Shown: positions 55,040-64,000 of the stretch, one piece after another | Position numbering within the stretch: the first letter of the stretch is position 1 | Layout: the number at the start of each line of letters is the position of its first letter | Source: a candidate division WWE3 bacterium | GTDB taxonomy: Bacteria > Patescibacteriota > WWE3 > UBA101185 > UBA10185 | Length of the DNA: 64,000 bases | Assembly (NCBI GenBank): GCA_012798115.1 | Contig: JAAZNV010000009.1 | Span: forward strand, 10,156-74,155 | Reading direction: 5' to 3' | Translations under genes and position numbers: made by a program | Notes under the pieces: model-generated | The model's database searches: none | What the model was told of the DNA's origin: nothing | Seen by the model: the letters and a program-made list of their open reading frames with translations, nothing else

Positions 55040-55774
55040 ATGAGATTTAGTATTTGCATCCCATCTTTGAATGAAGAGAAGTATATAGACAAACTCCTTA
55101 ATTGCTTAGTGAGACAAACGTTTAAGGATTATGAGGTGATTGTGTCTGATGGTAAATCAGAGGACAACACAAGAGGAATTGTTTCGGGATTTAAAGATAA
55201 GTTAAACATTAAATTTATGGATTCACCAAAAAGAGGGGTTTCTTTTCAAAGAAATTATGCTGCTAAGAACTCCAGTGGTGACTACGTTATATTTTTTGAT
55301 GCAGACGTACAAATAAGTGATGATTTTCTTGAAAGAATAAACAAGTTTATAGAAAAAAGAGGTGTAGATGTACTGACTTCATGGAACAGGCCTTTATCTA
55401 GTAGGTTGGATGATAAGTTTTTATTTTTTCTTTACAACATTGTTTGTTTGGAATTGGTAAAAAAGATAGCACCTGGGGCAGTAGGTGTTTTTATATGTGT
55501 AAGAAGATCTTCTTTTGAAAGAATAGAAGGATTTAAAGAAGATATTAGTTTTGCTGAAGATTATGAATTAGTTAGAAGATTGCATAAAAATGGCTTCAAG
55601 TACGCTTTATTAAAAAGTCCACCAATAGAAGTATCTGTTAGAAGATTAGAAAAAGAAGGAAGGTTACATATGGTTGCTAAAACGCTGAAGACTGCTGTTT
55701 ATTATCTTTTGTTTGGAAACAACTTTGCTGAAAAATTAAAAGGCAAGATAATTCACGAGTCTGGAAAGTTTTAA
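55040..55774 (+). CDS. Family-2 glycosyltransferase
   Basis: ICIPSLNEEKYI...VIVSDGKSEDNT...FFDADV; GT-A DXD context. Confidence 0.75.
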   Translation: MRFSICIPSLNEEKYIDKLLNCLVRQTFKDYEVIVSDGKSEDNTRGIVSGFKDKLNIKFMDSPKRGVSFQRNYAAKNSSGDYVIFFDADVQISDDFLERINKFIEKRGVDVLTSWNRPLSSRLDDKFLFFLYNIVCLELVKKIAPGAVGVFICVRRSSFERIEGFKEDISFAEDYELVRRLHKNGFKYALLKSPPIEVSVRRLEKEGRLHMVAKTLKTAVYYLLFGNNFAEKLKGKIIHESGKF

Positions 55775-55801
55775 TGTCTTAGGTATTGTGGTTAAAAGAT
55801 C

Positions 55802-55838
55802 GAAGCCCGTTGTACTTAAGCTTAACGGGCCTCTTTTT
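55802..55838 (+). terminator. Rho-independent terminator after the glycosyltransferase gene
   Basis: GAAGCCCGTT-gtacttaagctt-AACGGGCCTC followed by TTTTT. Confidence 0.65.
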
Positions 55839-55953
55839 GGCCCAAAGTTTATCTTTAAGCCTGTACTCTATGATCCCGTCCAAAAGGACGATATTTAATT
55901 GTTAATAAGAAAATAGCTTATATACTAATTTAAGTCAATGTTATACTTGGTCC

Positions 55954-56889
55954 ATGAAGAGACATGTACTTCAATCCCATCTTTGGGAGAAATTTAAAAA
56001 TGACTATGGAACACCAGCAGTAAGGGTTGGAAATGTAGTTTATACAAAACATAAGATACCATTTATCCCATACTTTTATGGTTACTGCCCAAGAGTAAAT
56101 CCTTTTGATATAAACTTTGATGATATTAAAAAATCTCTGAAGGAAAACTCATGTGTTGCTATTCATTTTGATGTTCCAAATGTTACTAAAGATGATTCTT
56201 CTGCTAGAGATGCAGAAAAAATACTTAAAGACAAATGTGTTTTATCCTCGAGAGTAGAGTTTGCAAAAGGTAATTTTCTTCTTGATTTAACTAAATCAGA
56301 AGAAGAAATACTTGCAAATATGCATAAGAAACATAGGTACAACATTAAAGTTGCACAAAAAAAGGGTGTTGTGGTGAGAGAAAGTACGGATGATAAGGAT
56401 TTTGATATTTTCTTTAATTTGTATGAGGAAACTGGAAAGAGGCAGAAGTTCTTTTCAAGGTCAAGAAATTACTTAAGTAAAGTATGGAGTACATTTAAAG
56501 AAGAAGGCATTGCTTATGTTTTAATTGCTGAATATGAAAGTAGACCCTTAGCTTCTTGGTTACTCATTATTTACGATGGTGTCTTATACTACCCATACGG
56601 AGGCTCTGCTCAAGAAGATAAAGGCGTACAAGCAAATTGCTTGTTGGGTTGGGAAGCAATAAAATTTGGAAAGAAAATGGGGTGCACTTTATTTGATATG
56701 TGGGGAGCATCTGAGGATATGAGTAATACAAGTGATCCATATTATGGTTTCTCCTTGTTTAAGCAAAAGTTTGGAGCAAGACATGTTACTTATATTCCAT
56801 CCTATGACTATGTAATTAATAGTTCAGTTTATAGATTGTTTACCATGGCAAATGATGCTAGGTGGAAGATTCTAAACATTTTAAAATGA
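55954..56889 (+). CDS. FemAB-family (FemX/MurM-like) peptidoglycan cross-bridge aminoacyltransferase, paralog 1
   Basis: N-terminal ...LQSHLWEKFKNDYG... resembles the FemX ..QS..lGWakvk.. start; ~310 aa tandem GNAT-like size. Confidence 0.55.
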   Translation: MKRHVLQSHLWEKFKNDYGTPAVRVGNVVYTKHKIPFIPYFYGYCPRVNPFDINFDDIKKSLKENSCVAIHFDVPNVTKDDSSARDAEKILKDKCVLSSRVEFAKGNFLLDLTKSEEEILANMHKKHRYNIKVAQKKGVVVRESTDDKDFDIFFNLYEETGKRQKFFSRSRNYLSKVWSTFKEEGIAYVLIAEYESRPLASWLLIIYDGVLYYPYGGSAQEDKGVQANCLLGWEAIKFGKKMGCTLFDMWGASEDMSNTSDPYYGFSLFKQKFGARHVTYIPSYDYVINSSVYRLFTMANDARWKILNILK

Positions 56890-57788
56890 TCCCAGTTTCT
56901 GACATCAGACAATCTGATAAATGGGCATTGTATTTAAAAGGACTTGGATGGAGTTCTCATAGAACAACAAGGGGAATTTGTGTTGAATATATAAAAACAA
57001 TACTTGGAACCATGGTCAAGATTCAACACCCTATTCCTCTAACATTAGAAGATCTTAAAGAAATAGAGGATTTTTGTGTTAAACAAAAGGCGTTGTTTAT
57101 TAAGATAGAACCATTTGTTGGGCAGGATGTTAGTATCTTAGAAAGATCTGGCTACAAGAAGAATTTCTATCCACTTTCACCTCCATCAACAATATATATA
57201 GATTTAACTAAGTCGGAGGAAGATCTTTGGGATAATCTTTCTCATAGTGCAAGATACTCAATTAGAAGAGCTCAAAGGGAGGGGACAGTTACTAGGTTTT
57301 ATCAAAATCCTCTGCCAGAGAAGGTGCCTGATTACTTTGAAATGTTAAAAAGTACAGCAAGAAGGAAGCACTTTTATGTTCAACCGCTTAAAGATTTTCT
57401 AGCAAAAATAAAAATTTTTGGGAAGGATTGTCATCTCGTTTTATCTTATGATAGCAATGGAAAATTACTTAGCGGCAAGTTTTATCTTTGCCATGGGGAT
57501 ATGGTCTTGTATTCTACAGGTGGAACTTCAAAAGAAGGTTTAAAAACAAAAGCAGGATATGAGCTTTTATGGAGATCTATTTTATATTTTAAAGGCTTGG
57601 GATATAAGGTTTTTGACTTAGAAGGAAAAGATGATAGTAGATTTGAATCTATTACAAAAAATTGGGGAGGGTTTAGCCATTTCAAGGAAAAATTTAACGG
57701 GGAAGAAATAGAATTTCCATATCCTTATGTTAAGTACCTTAATCCTCTCTTAAAGTTTGCCTCTAAATTTGGTAATTTACCTTTTTAG
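56886..57788 (+). CDS. FemAB-family aminoacyltransferase, paralog 2 (start refined to the ATGA overlap)
   Basis: MIPVSDIRQSDKWALYLKGLGW...; same family as the upstream gene. The listed 56862 start would overlap by 28 nt; the ATG at 56886 overlaps the upstream TGA. Confidence 0.55.
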   Translation: MIPVSDIRQSDKWALYLKGLGWSSHRTTRGICVEYIKTILGTMVKIQHPIPLTLEDLKEIEDFCVKQKALFIKIEPFVGQDVSILERSGYKKNFYPLSPPSTIYIDLTKSEEDLWDNLSHSARYSIRRAQREGTVTRFYQNPLPEKVPDYFEMLKSTARRKHFYVQPLKDFLAKIKIFGKDCHLVLSYDSNGKLLSGKFYLCHGDMVLYSTGGTSKEGLKTKAGYELLWRSILYFKGLGYKVFDLEGKDDSRFESITKNWGGFSHFKEKFNGEEIEFPYPYVKYLNPLLKFASKFGNLPF

Positions 57789-57819
57789 CTTTTCGTTTTC
57801 ACTTCACTACTAGAATTCA

Positions 57820-60711
57820 TTAACCCTTTTCTGCAAAAGGACATATACCCTTATAATCACACCAAGTGCAATGTTTCCCTGGATTAGCCTCAAACTCTCC
57901 TTTTTTTATTCCCTTAACAACCTCTTTTATTTTTTCCTTCTCAGCTTCTATCTGCTTGTCTGTTCTTTTTGTTGATATCTTTTCTCCGGTTTCTACGTAA
58001 TAAAGAACTAAGTCTTTTGGATTTAAATTCAAAGCTTCCTTTACAGCCATTGCGTAAATAGTCATTTGAGCATCTTGGTTTGCTTCTTTTTGGCTTTTCT
58101 CGTTTCCTGTTTTGTAATCAATAATTTCTATATCTCCACTTGGAAGTTCATCTATCCTGTCTATTTTTCCAAATAGTTTTATCCCATCTATTTTTAAATT
58201 AAATGACTTCTCAATACCTAAATGTTTAACGTCCAAGTTCTTATTCTTGTTGTAGTAGTCCTCTAAAAGTTTAATACCGCTTTCAAATCTTAATTTCCTA
58301 TGCTTTTCATCAATATAACCTAATGGATTCCAATTCTTTTCGTAAATATCTAAAAGCTGATCGATAGAAATGTCTTTCCCAAACATTTTTTGGGTGTGAA
58401 ATTCCTTTAAAGTTTCATGAATAGTGTTTCCAAAACTTAAAGAATGATTTGGAGCTGTTGGTATTTTTAAAACATAAGAATATTTATATCTCAAAGGACA
58501 TATTAAGTAATTGTCTACTTGAGAGTAGCTGATAAAATCAGGGGCGAAACCTGTAAGCTTTTTGACTTTAGGTTCTCTAAAACCTGTTCCTACTGCAAAT
58601 AAAGTAGACTGCTCCTCTTTTTTTCTAATACTGTCTACTTTTACTTCCTTAATGCTTAATTCTGTTTCTTCAAGGAACCCACTAGGCGTGGTTTCTCTTT
58701 TACCTCCGTAATCCTTTCCTAAAGTCATAAAAAGATACTTTTTTGCTCTTGTCATACCAACATAAAACAATCGTCTTTCTTCTTGTATATGCTCATCTCC
58801 AATTGGAAGAGTTTCTTTTATTAGATCGTCTGGTAGTTCTATTAAATCCCCCTTGTTTCTTGTTGGAAATCTTCCTGAGACAAGGTTTATTATGAAAACA
58901 ACAGGGAACTCCAGTCCTTTTGCAGAATGAACGGTAAGTAAATTAATTGTGTCAACATCTTCTACTTCTGCTTGAGCTGGGTTTTCGCCAGCTTCAATTA
59001 CAAGATCAATATAGTCTACAAAATCAATAAGGGTTGGCATTTCTTTTGTTTCTGAATGAAAGTCCACTTCAAATTTTTGTATTTTATTTAAAAACAAATT
59101 CAAATTTTTTATACTTAGTTCATTTTCAATAGTTTCTTCTTCTAGAAAATGATTAATGTAGCCAATTGAATTTACTAAGTTGTATACAATTTCAGTAGGG
59201 GATGATTTAGTAAGATTATTTTGAAATTCCAGTATCAAGCTTTTAATACGCTCAACATTCTCATCTTTTGACTCTTTGACTTGAGTCCATAAATCTGTTT
59301 TTTTAAATCTTGTTTGCGATAAAAGTTTTGATATTTCTTCATAAGAAATGTTTAAAGAATCTATATTTAATACCCTGTATAGGCTTGTACCATCTGTGGG
59401 GTCAACAATGGCCTTTAGAAGGGCCAAAATGTCCCTTATTTCCTCTCTATCATATAATCCTCTGTTTCCTACTAGTTGATAAGGAAGATTATGTTTTCGA
59501 AGAGCCATGAAAATCGGATCAAGATGGTTATTTGCTCTTGCTAGTATGGCAAAATCCTTGTATGTATATTGAGGTTCCTTAGCTAGTATTTCTAGTATTT
59601 TTGAAATAATAAACTCAACTTCATCCTCAAGGGTTTCTGTTTGAATTATCTCTGGAGTAATTCCCTTTTCTTTAGTTTCACTTTTTAGTTCTTTTGAGAT
59701 TCCTAACTTTGACTCCAAAGTATCTGGGTTGTTATTCTTGATTAGTTTATATGCAGGATCTAGAATTTTTTGAGAAGATCTGTAATTCTTAAGAAGAGTT
59801 ACCATTGTTGAATCTTTAAAGTCTTCCATAAATTGAAGAATATTTGAAACAGCAGCTCCCCTAAATTTATATATTGATTGGGAGTCATCCCCAACTACTA
59901 GAAGACTTCTTTCTTGATAATCATTGCTTCTTCTAGTGTTTTTATTAGGGAAGAGAAGTTTTATTAATTCATATTGAGCATAATTTGTATCTTGAAACTC
60001 ATCTACAAGTATGTGTTTGAACTGCTCTTGATATTTTTTTAAAATATTTGGTCTTTCTTTGAATAGTTTTATTGTCCACGTTATTAAATCTCCAAAGTCT
60101 AGCTTTGAATTTTGTATTTTTAATTGTTCATATCTTTCGTAAATATAGACAAGCTCCTCCCATCTTTGTTTTTCTTCATCGTCCTCCCTATTCTTGTTTG
60201 ATTTGATTACAAATTCACTGAACTCCTTGGAGGATATATTCTCATCTTGGAGTCTGGATATGAATTTAATTATTGCTGATATGAACTTAGTGGGGTTTCC
60301 TAATGGTCTAAAATATCTTAAATCAAATTCAAAAATGTTCTTTCTAAACAATAACCACTGGTCTGAAGGAGAAAGTATTTTATATGATGGGTCAAGACCA
60401 ATCTCTAATCCTTCTGCTTTTAAAATTCGATCTGCAAATGAATGAAAAGTATATACCCATGGTTCCTCATACCCTAATGGCATTATGTCTCCAATTCTTA
60501 AAATCATCTCTTGTGATGCTTTTTCAGTGAATGTTAAAGCTAGTATTTCTTGTGGTTTTACTTTTTTATCTTGAATTAAGTATCTTATTCTTTCTGTTAT
60601 TACTCTTGTTTTACCTGTTCCGGCTCCAGCAACTACTAGGATAGGCCCTGATTTGTGCTTTATTGCTTTAATTTGGTCTTCGTTAAGTTGTGTTTTTGTA
60701 TCTTTGGACAC
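57820..60711 (-). CDS. UvrD-like SF1 helicase fused to a C-terminal PD-(D/E)xK nuclease with a Cas4/AddB-type 4-Cys cluster
   Basis: N-terminal GPILVVAGAGTGKTRVITERIRYLI and DEFQDTN. C-terminal CPLRYKY...DRIDEL..IIDYKTG...CTWCDYKGICP gives a RecB-family nuclease core plus a Cys cluster. Confidence 0.7.
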   Translation of the reverse strand: MSKDTKTQLNEDQIKAIKHKSGPILVVAGAGTGKTRVITERIRYLIQDKKVKPQEILALTFTEKASQEMILRIGDIMPLGYEEPWVYTFHSFADRILKAEGLEIGLDPSYKILSPSDQWLLFRKNIFEFDLRYFRPLGNPTKFISAIIKFISRLQDENISSKEFSEFVIKSNKNREDDEEKQRWEELVYIYERYEQLKIQNSKLDFGDLITWTIKLFKERPNILKKYQEQFKHILVDEFQDTNYAQYELIKLLFPNKNTRRSNDYQERSLLVVGDDSQSIYKFRGAAVSNILQFMEDFKDSTMVTLLKNYRSSQKILDPAYKLIKNNNPDTLESKLGISKELKSETKEKGITPEIIQTETLEDEVEFIISKILEILAKEPQYTYKDFAILARANNHLDPIFMALRKHNLPYQLVGNRGLYDREEIRDILALLKAIVDPTDGTSLYRVLNIDSLNISYEEISKLLSQTRFKKTDLWTQVKESKDENVERIKSLILEFQNNLTKSSPTEIVYNLVNSIGYINHFLEEETIENELSIKNLNLFLNKIQKFEVDFHSETKEMPTLIDFVDYIDLVIEAGENPAQAEVEDVDTINLLTVHSAKGLEFPVVFIINLVSGRFPTRNKGDLIELPDDLIKETLPIGDEHIQEERRLFYVGMTRAKKYLFMTLGKDYGGKRETTPSGFLEETELSIKEVKVDSIRKKEEQSTLFAVGTGFREPKVKKLTGFAPDFISYSQVDNYLICPLRYKYSYVLKIPTAPNHSLSFGNTIHETLKEFHTQKMFGKDISIDQLLDIYEKNWNPLGYIDEKHRKLRFESGIKLLEDYYNKNKNLDVKHLGIEKSFNLKIDGIKLFGKIDRIDELPSGDIEIIDYKTGNEKSQKEANQDAQMTIYAMAVKEALNLNPKDLVLYYVETGEKISTKRTDKQIEAEKEKIKEVVKGIKKGEFEANPGKHCTWCDYKGICPFAEKG

Positions 60712-60849
60712 TGGTTGTATTATAAACGATTAAGGTTCTTCTTAGAAAAAACAAACAGATTTTGTATTTTATTTACAAAGGCTTTGGTTATCCCATGTTG
60801 TAGTTGGCAGTATGTTTAAGCATACACCAAACTTAAGTTCTTTCCTTAA

Positions 60850-60879
60850 TTGAATCGAAGTATTCATTAGGGTTATAAT
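60850..60879 (+). promoter_or_regulatory. Near-consensus sigma70-type promoter (TTGAAT-18 nt-TATAAT) for the small ORF
   Basis: -35 at 60850-60855, perfect -10 TATAAT at 60874-60879, then AAGGAGGG SD at 60894-60901. Confidence 0.5.
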
Positions 60880-60905
60880 GACGTTCCAACACGAAGGAGG
60901 GAAGA

Positions 60906-61010
60906 ATGAGTAATTTTAGTCCAATAATTTATTTTGTTCTTTTCGTTGTGGTAGTTCTGATTGGTCTTTTCTGCATAGCTGGTTTCTATGGTAAGTCTAA
61001 CGGTAAGTAG
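60906..61010 (+). CDS. 34-aa hydrophobic single-TM peptide (MSNFSPIIYFVLFVVVVLIGLFCIAGFYGKSNGK), not in the ORF track
   Basis: Bracketed by a consensus promoter, a strong SD with 4-nt spacing, and a hairpin terminator with U-tract. Such canonical signals are rare among the neighbouring genes. Confidence 0.45.
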   Translation: MSNFSPIIYFVLFVVVVLIGLFCIAGFYGKSNGK

Positions 61011-61039
61011 GGGAAGTGATTAAGTTTATTGTTCACACT

Positions 61040-61069
61040 AAAGCCCTTCTTTATTCCAGGAGGGGCTTT
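61040..61069 (+). terminator. Rho-independent terminator for the small ORF, overlapping the 3' end of rmuC on the other strand
   Basis: AAAGCCCTTC...GAGGGGCTTT (one mismatch) followed by TCTTTCTCT. Confidence 0.5.
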
Positions 61070-62109
61070 TCTTTCTCTGGTTCTATTGCTTGAACTTTTT
61101 CTATCTTTCCAAATAGTCTAGTGAATTTATTTTTAACCCCATCCATAGATTTATATGTATTTGATATATGCCTTCCAAGAACATCTAGTTCTTCATTAAA
61201 CTTTTGAGCATCTACTTTTATTCCAGCTAGAGATTTTAATATCTTATCTGCATGTTTTTGAAGCTCGTGTTGTTGATAGGCAACTAGAAGTACTTTTAAG
61301 AAGTAAGTTAAAGTGTTTGGAGATGCTAGTATTATATTTTTAGCTTTTGAATATTCTTCTATTTCTGGTGTGTTTACAACAAGTTCGTAATATACATTTT
61401 CTGATGGAACATACATTATTGCCTGATCTGTGGTCTTTTCTTCTGGGAGAATATATTTACTTGATATTTCTTCTATCCTTTTTTTGACGTCTGATACAAA
61501 TACTTTCTTAAACCTATCCCTTTCTGCTTGTGTCTCTGCGGTTATCATTGCTTTAAAGTTTTCCATTGGAAACTTGGAATCTATTGGGATAATTCCTCTG
61601 TCTGTGAAGACTACAGCATCACAAGCATTACCGTCTTTAAACTTATATTGTGTTTTGTATAAGTCTTTAGGTAGGAAGTTTTCTAGTATTTCATATAAAA
61701 ATTGTTCACCAAGACCACCTCTTAGCTTTGGGGATTTTAAAATATTGCTTAAATCCTTCATATCTGTACCAAATTCTTGTATTCCACCCAACTGTTTTTG
61801 TACTTCTCTAATTACATCTGATGATTTTTCTAGTCTCTCAGATATGAATTTTGTTTGTTGGCTTAATGTATCTCTTTGATTTTTCATTTGTTCTTCCATA
61901 CTTGTTCTTTGATCTTTTAGCTGTCTTTCCATAACTTCTGTGTTTTTCTCTACTGACCCCTTCATTTCTTTCAGCCATTCCATAAGGACAGTGTCTTCTG
62001 TTTTTTGAGACCTTTTGATTTGCTGGATTATGAAATAACCAATGGATATTAAAGAACCAACGGTTAAGAAGATTATTAATACTATCGTTTGAGAAGTCAT
62101 TGTTATCAT
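61051..62109 (-). CDS. rmuC: DNA recombination protein RmuC
   Basis: N-terminal TM, long coiled coil and the RmuC C-terminal nuclease-like domain (...VMYVPSENVYYEL...). Confidence 0.75.
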   Translation of the reverse strand: MITMTSQTIVLIIFLTVGSLISIGYFIIQQIKRSQKTEDTVLMEWLKEMKGSVEKNTEVMERQLKDQRTSMEEQMKNQRDTLSQQTKFISERLEKSSDVIREVQKQLGGIQEFGTDMKDLSNILKSPKLRGGLGEQFLYEILENFLPKDLYKTQYKFKDGNACDAVVFTDRGIIPIDSKFPMENFKAMITAETQAERDRFKKVFVSDVKKRIEEISSKYILPEEKTTDQAIMYVPSENVYYELVVNTPEIEEYSKAKNIILASPNTLTYFLKVLLVAYQQHELQKHADKILKSLAGIKVDAQKFNEELDVLGRHISNTYKSMDGVKNKFTRLFGKIEKVQAIEPEKEKPLLE

Positions 62110-62167
62110 TCTAGCACAGGAAAGAAAAATACCGTCTGAGTATTGTCATCGACGGTATTTGTTGTGT

Positions 62168-62401
62168 TTATCTTTTTGTTTTTGCTATTTCGTAAAATTT
62201 GCCTAAAGCTTGTGAGCTTAGTTTTTGGACTTTTTCTTCAAGTACAGTTCCTTTAACTGTGGACTCAACAGATGTAATTAAATCTTGTATTAAAAGGCAC
62301 TCTCCTTGAGTTTTAGCTGTGTTAAGTGCCCTTTCAATTTCCTTGATTATATCTTCTACACTATACTCTCCCTGTTCCTTAGAGACTTTTGTTCTATTCA
62401 T
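62168..62401 (-). CDS. Small hypothetical helical protein
   Basis: 77 aa, no motif. Confidence 0.3.
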   Translation of the reverse strand: MNRTKVSKEQGEYSVEDIIKEIERALNTAKTQGECLLIQDLITSVESTVKGTVLEEKVQKLSSQALGKFYEIAKTKR

Positions 62402-62462
62402 TTCTCCTCCTTATCTATTGTTTTGATAGGATTATATAAACAAGGAATGATAAAATCAATTT

Positions 62463-62825
62463 ATGCCTAAGTTTATTAAGTTTGTTGGTGTTTTAACTAT
62501 ACTTTTGTGGTCTTTGCTTATAACTTTAGTTTTTACCACTCTCCCTAATTCTTATACAAACATATTTATGTTTTTGGTTGTTTTGTTTTTGTGTTTAGGG
62601 TTTACTTTATCCTTACCTTTTTATTTTATTTACACAAAGAAGCTTCCAAATTTTATTAACTTGAAGTTACTCTATAGAAAAGGGTTAAAGTGGGGGGTGT
62701 TTATTAGCTTTGGGGTCGTGTGCTTCCTCTTTCTTAAAGCTTTAAATCTAATTAATCTACTTAATATTGGTCTGCTTCTCCTTTTCTACATTGGTATCTT
62801 CTTTCAAATAAAGGGTAAAAGGTAA
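62463..62825 (+). CDS. Small multi-TM membrane protein
   Basis: 120 aa with 3-4 hydrophobic helices. Confidence 0.35.
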   Translation: MPKFIKFVGVLTILLWSLLITLVFTTLPNSYTNIFMFLVVLFLCLGFTLSLPFYFIYTKKLPNFINLKLLYRKGLKWGVFISFGVVCFLFLKALNLINLLNIGLLLLFYIGIFFQIKGKR

Positions 62826-62879
62826 ATATCTTTGATTGTGTTTATTACCTCTAAGTAGCATAAATGTTAAAATTCTCCT

Positions 62880-64000
62880 GTGAAGAAGAAAATATTAATT
62901 ACAACAGCAATAGATTACGTAAATGATGTAATTCATATTGGTCATGCTTATCAAAAAATATTAGCTGATTGTATAGCTAGGTACCAAAGACTAAGAAGAG
63001 GAGAAAACAACGTATTTTTTGTAACTGGCACCGATGAACATGGTCAAAAGGTATTTAACGTAGCTAAAGAAAAAGGAATTGATGTTAAACAGTTTGTAGA
63101 TGAAATATCCAAAAAAGATCAAGAGCAGCAAGACTCTTTGAACATATCATATGATAGATTTATTAGAACTACGGATGAAGACCATAAAAGGATAGCAACT
63201 GAATTCTTTAAAAAAGTTTATGATGCAGGATATATATACAAGGGAACATATAAAGGACTTTATTGTGAAGGATGTGAAGAATACAAAACAGAAAAGGAAC
63301 TAGTTGATGGAAGATGCACCCTTCATCCTAATGGAGAAATACAGATTGTTGAAGAAGAAAACTACTTCTTTAAGTTCTCTGAATTTAGAGCTTTCCTTAA
63401 AGATTTATTTGATAAGAACAGTGATTTTGTGTTGCCAAAGCAACGTTTTAACGATATGTATTCTTTAGTGGATAAGGTGGAAGATATACCTGTAACCAGA
63501 AGAAAAGAGAAACTTCCATGGGGTATTGAATGTCCAATAGATAGTAATCATGTTCTATGGGTGTGGTTTGATGCTCTTGTTAACTACTTAACGTTTGGAT
63601 TGCAGAAAAACTGCTGGGATAGTGATACTCAAATAGTTCATTTCCTAGGAAAAGACAATGCAAGAATGCATGCACTTTTATGGCCCTCAATGCTAAAAGC
63701 CGCTGGTTATGAAATTCCATCGAATGTTTATGTAAATGCATTCTTGAGTTTGAATGGTAAAAAGATTAGCAAAAGTTTAGGAAATGTAGTTAGTCCTAAA
63801 GAATTAGTAGAGAAGTATGGGGTAGATCCTGTTAGGTACTACTTCTTAAGATATGGGCCTATTGTTGAGGATAGTGATTTCTCCGAAGAACACTTTAAAA
63901 GTGTGTACAATGGAGATCTTGCAAATGGTCTTGGAAACACAGTATCTAGGCTTTTTAAGCTTTCTGACAGAGCTAAAATGTCATTCACTGTCAATAAGAC
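62880..64000 (+). CDS. metG: Methionyl-tRNA synthetase, 5' portion (continues beyond the window); GTG start
   Basis: ILITTAIDYVNDVIHIGHAYQKILADCIARYQRLRRGENNVFFVTGTDEHGQKV; class I HIGH region. The frame is open to the window end, and the first in-frame start after the TAA at 62868 is GTG at 62880. Confidence 0.85.
   Translation, partial: MKKKILITTAIDYVNDVIHIGHAYQKILADCIARYQRLRRGENNVFFVTGTDEHGQKVFNVAKEKGIDVKQFVDEISKKDQEQQDSLNISYDRFIRTTDEDHKRIATEFFKKVYDAGYIYKGTYKGLYCEGCEEYKTEKELVDGRCTLHPNGEIQIVEEENYFFKFSEFRAFLKDLFDKNSDFVLPKQRFNDMYSLVDKVEDIPVTRRKEKLPWGIECPIDSNHVLWVWFDALVNYLTFGLQKNCWDSDTQIVHFLGKDNARMHALLWPSMLKAAGYEIPSNVYVNAFLSLNGKKISKSLGNVVSPKELVEKYGVDPVRYYFLRYGPIVEDSDFSEEHFKSVYNGDLANGLGNTVSRLFKLSDRAKMSFTVNK

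Noticed and set aside
55839-55953. Possible small ncRNA between the GT2 terminator and the first FemAB gene (short CGTCC-aaaag-GACG hairpin)
   Set aside because: Short, AT-rich, no conserved structure recognisable by eye. More likely promoter or UTR sequence.
1-64000. CRISPR arrays, rRNA or tRNA genes
   Set aside because: No regularly spaced direct repeats and no tRNA- or rRNA-like conserved stretches were seen in any intergenic region. The longest gaps (21592-22011 and 60712-61050) are explained by the oriC-like region and the small-ORF unit.

Overview
**What the window is.** The sequence is AT-rich (roughly one-third GC) and gene-dense, mostly housekeeping. Genes are compact, often overlap, and mostly lack strong Shine-Dalgarno sequences. 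My inference is a reduced-genome bacterium with a Gram-positive-like envelope, possibly Patescibacteria/CPR-like; I cannot confirm the lineage.

**Housekeeping genes I recognise.** These are rplY, valS, proS, tsaD, dnaA, ruvX, dnaK-grpE-hrcA, lepA, murJ, rpsT, tpiA, pgk, gap, trxA, a D-Ala-D-Ala carboxypeptidase, two UvrD-family helicases, rsmA, rmuC and a partial metG. dnaA is flanked by DnaA boxes and an AT-rich oriC-like spacer, but dnaN is not next to it.

**Accessory content worth a second look**
- **1348-10674:** a surface-appendage / type-IV-secretion-like locus. It contains a signal-peptide polytopic membrane protein, a giant two-TM protein ending in a CHAP/NlpC-P60-like hydrolase domain, and a SpoIID-domain coiled-coil protein. 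It also has four tandem VirB2/TrbC-like pilin paralogs, one fused to a roughly 170-aa cysteine-rich secreted domain. This is my best candidate for an undescribed system.
- **24572-30514:** a separate operon with a VirB4/VirD4-type FtsK/HerA-superfamily ATPase, an FtsA/PilM-like actin-fold ATPase, a bitopic membrane protein and ruvX.
- **39183-42211:** a PilN/PilO-like pair, a sortase, and a small protein with a non-canonical C-terminal sorting signal.
- **44736-45853:** a half-length aldehyde:ferredoxin-oxidoreductase-like protein and a small ferredoxin-like protein embedded in the gap-pgk-tpiA operon.
- **46917-47570:** a GC-rich, opposite-strand gene interrupting gap-pgk.
- **49995-50699:** an 85-bp perfect direct repeat of the dacA 3' end flanking a single-gene insert.
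- **60850-61069:** a 34-aa hydrophobic peptide gene with a near-consensus promoter, strong SD and terminator.
- **34800-34827:** a perfect TTGACA promoter for a leaderless hrcA, overlapped by a CIRCE-like operator.

No rRNA, tRNA or CRISPR array was detected by eye.
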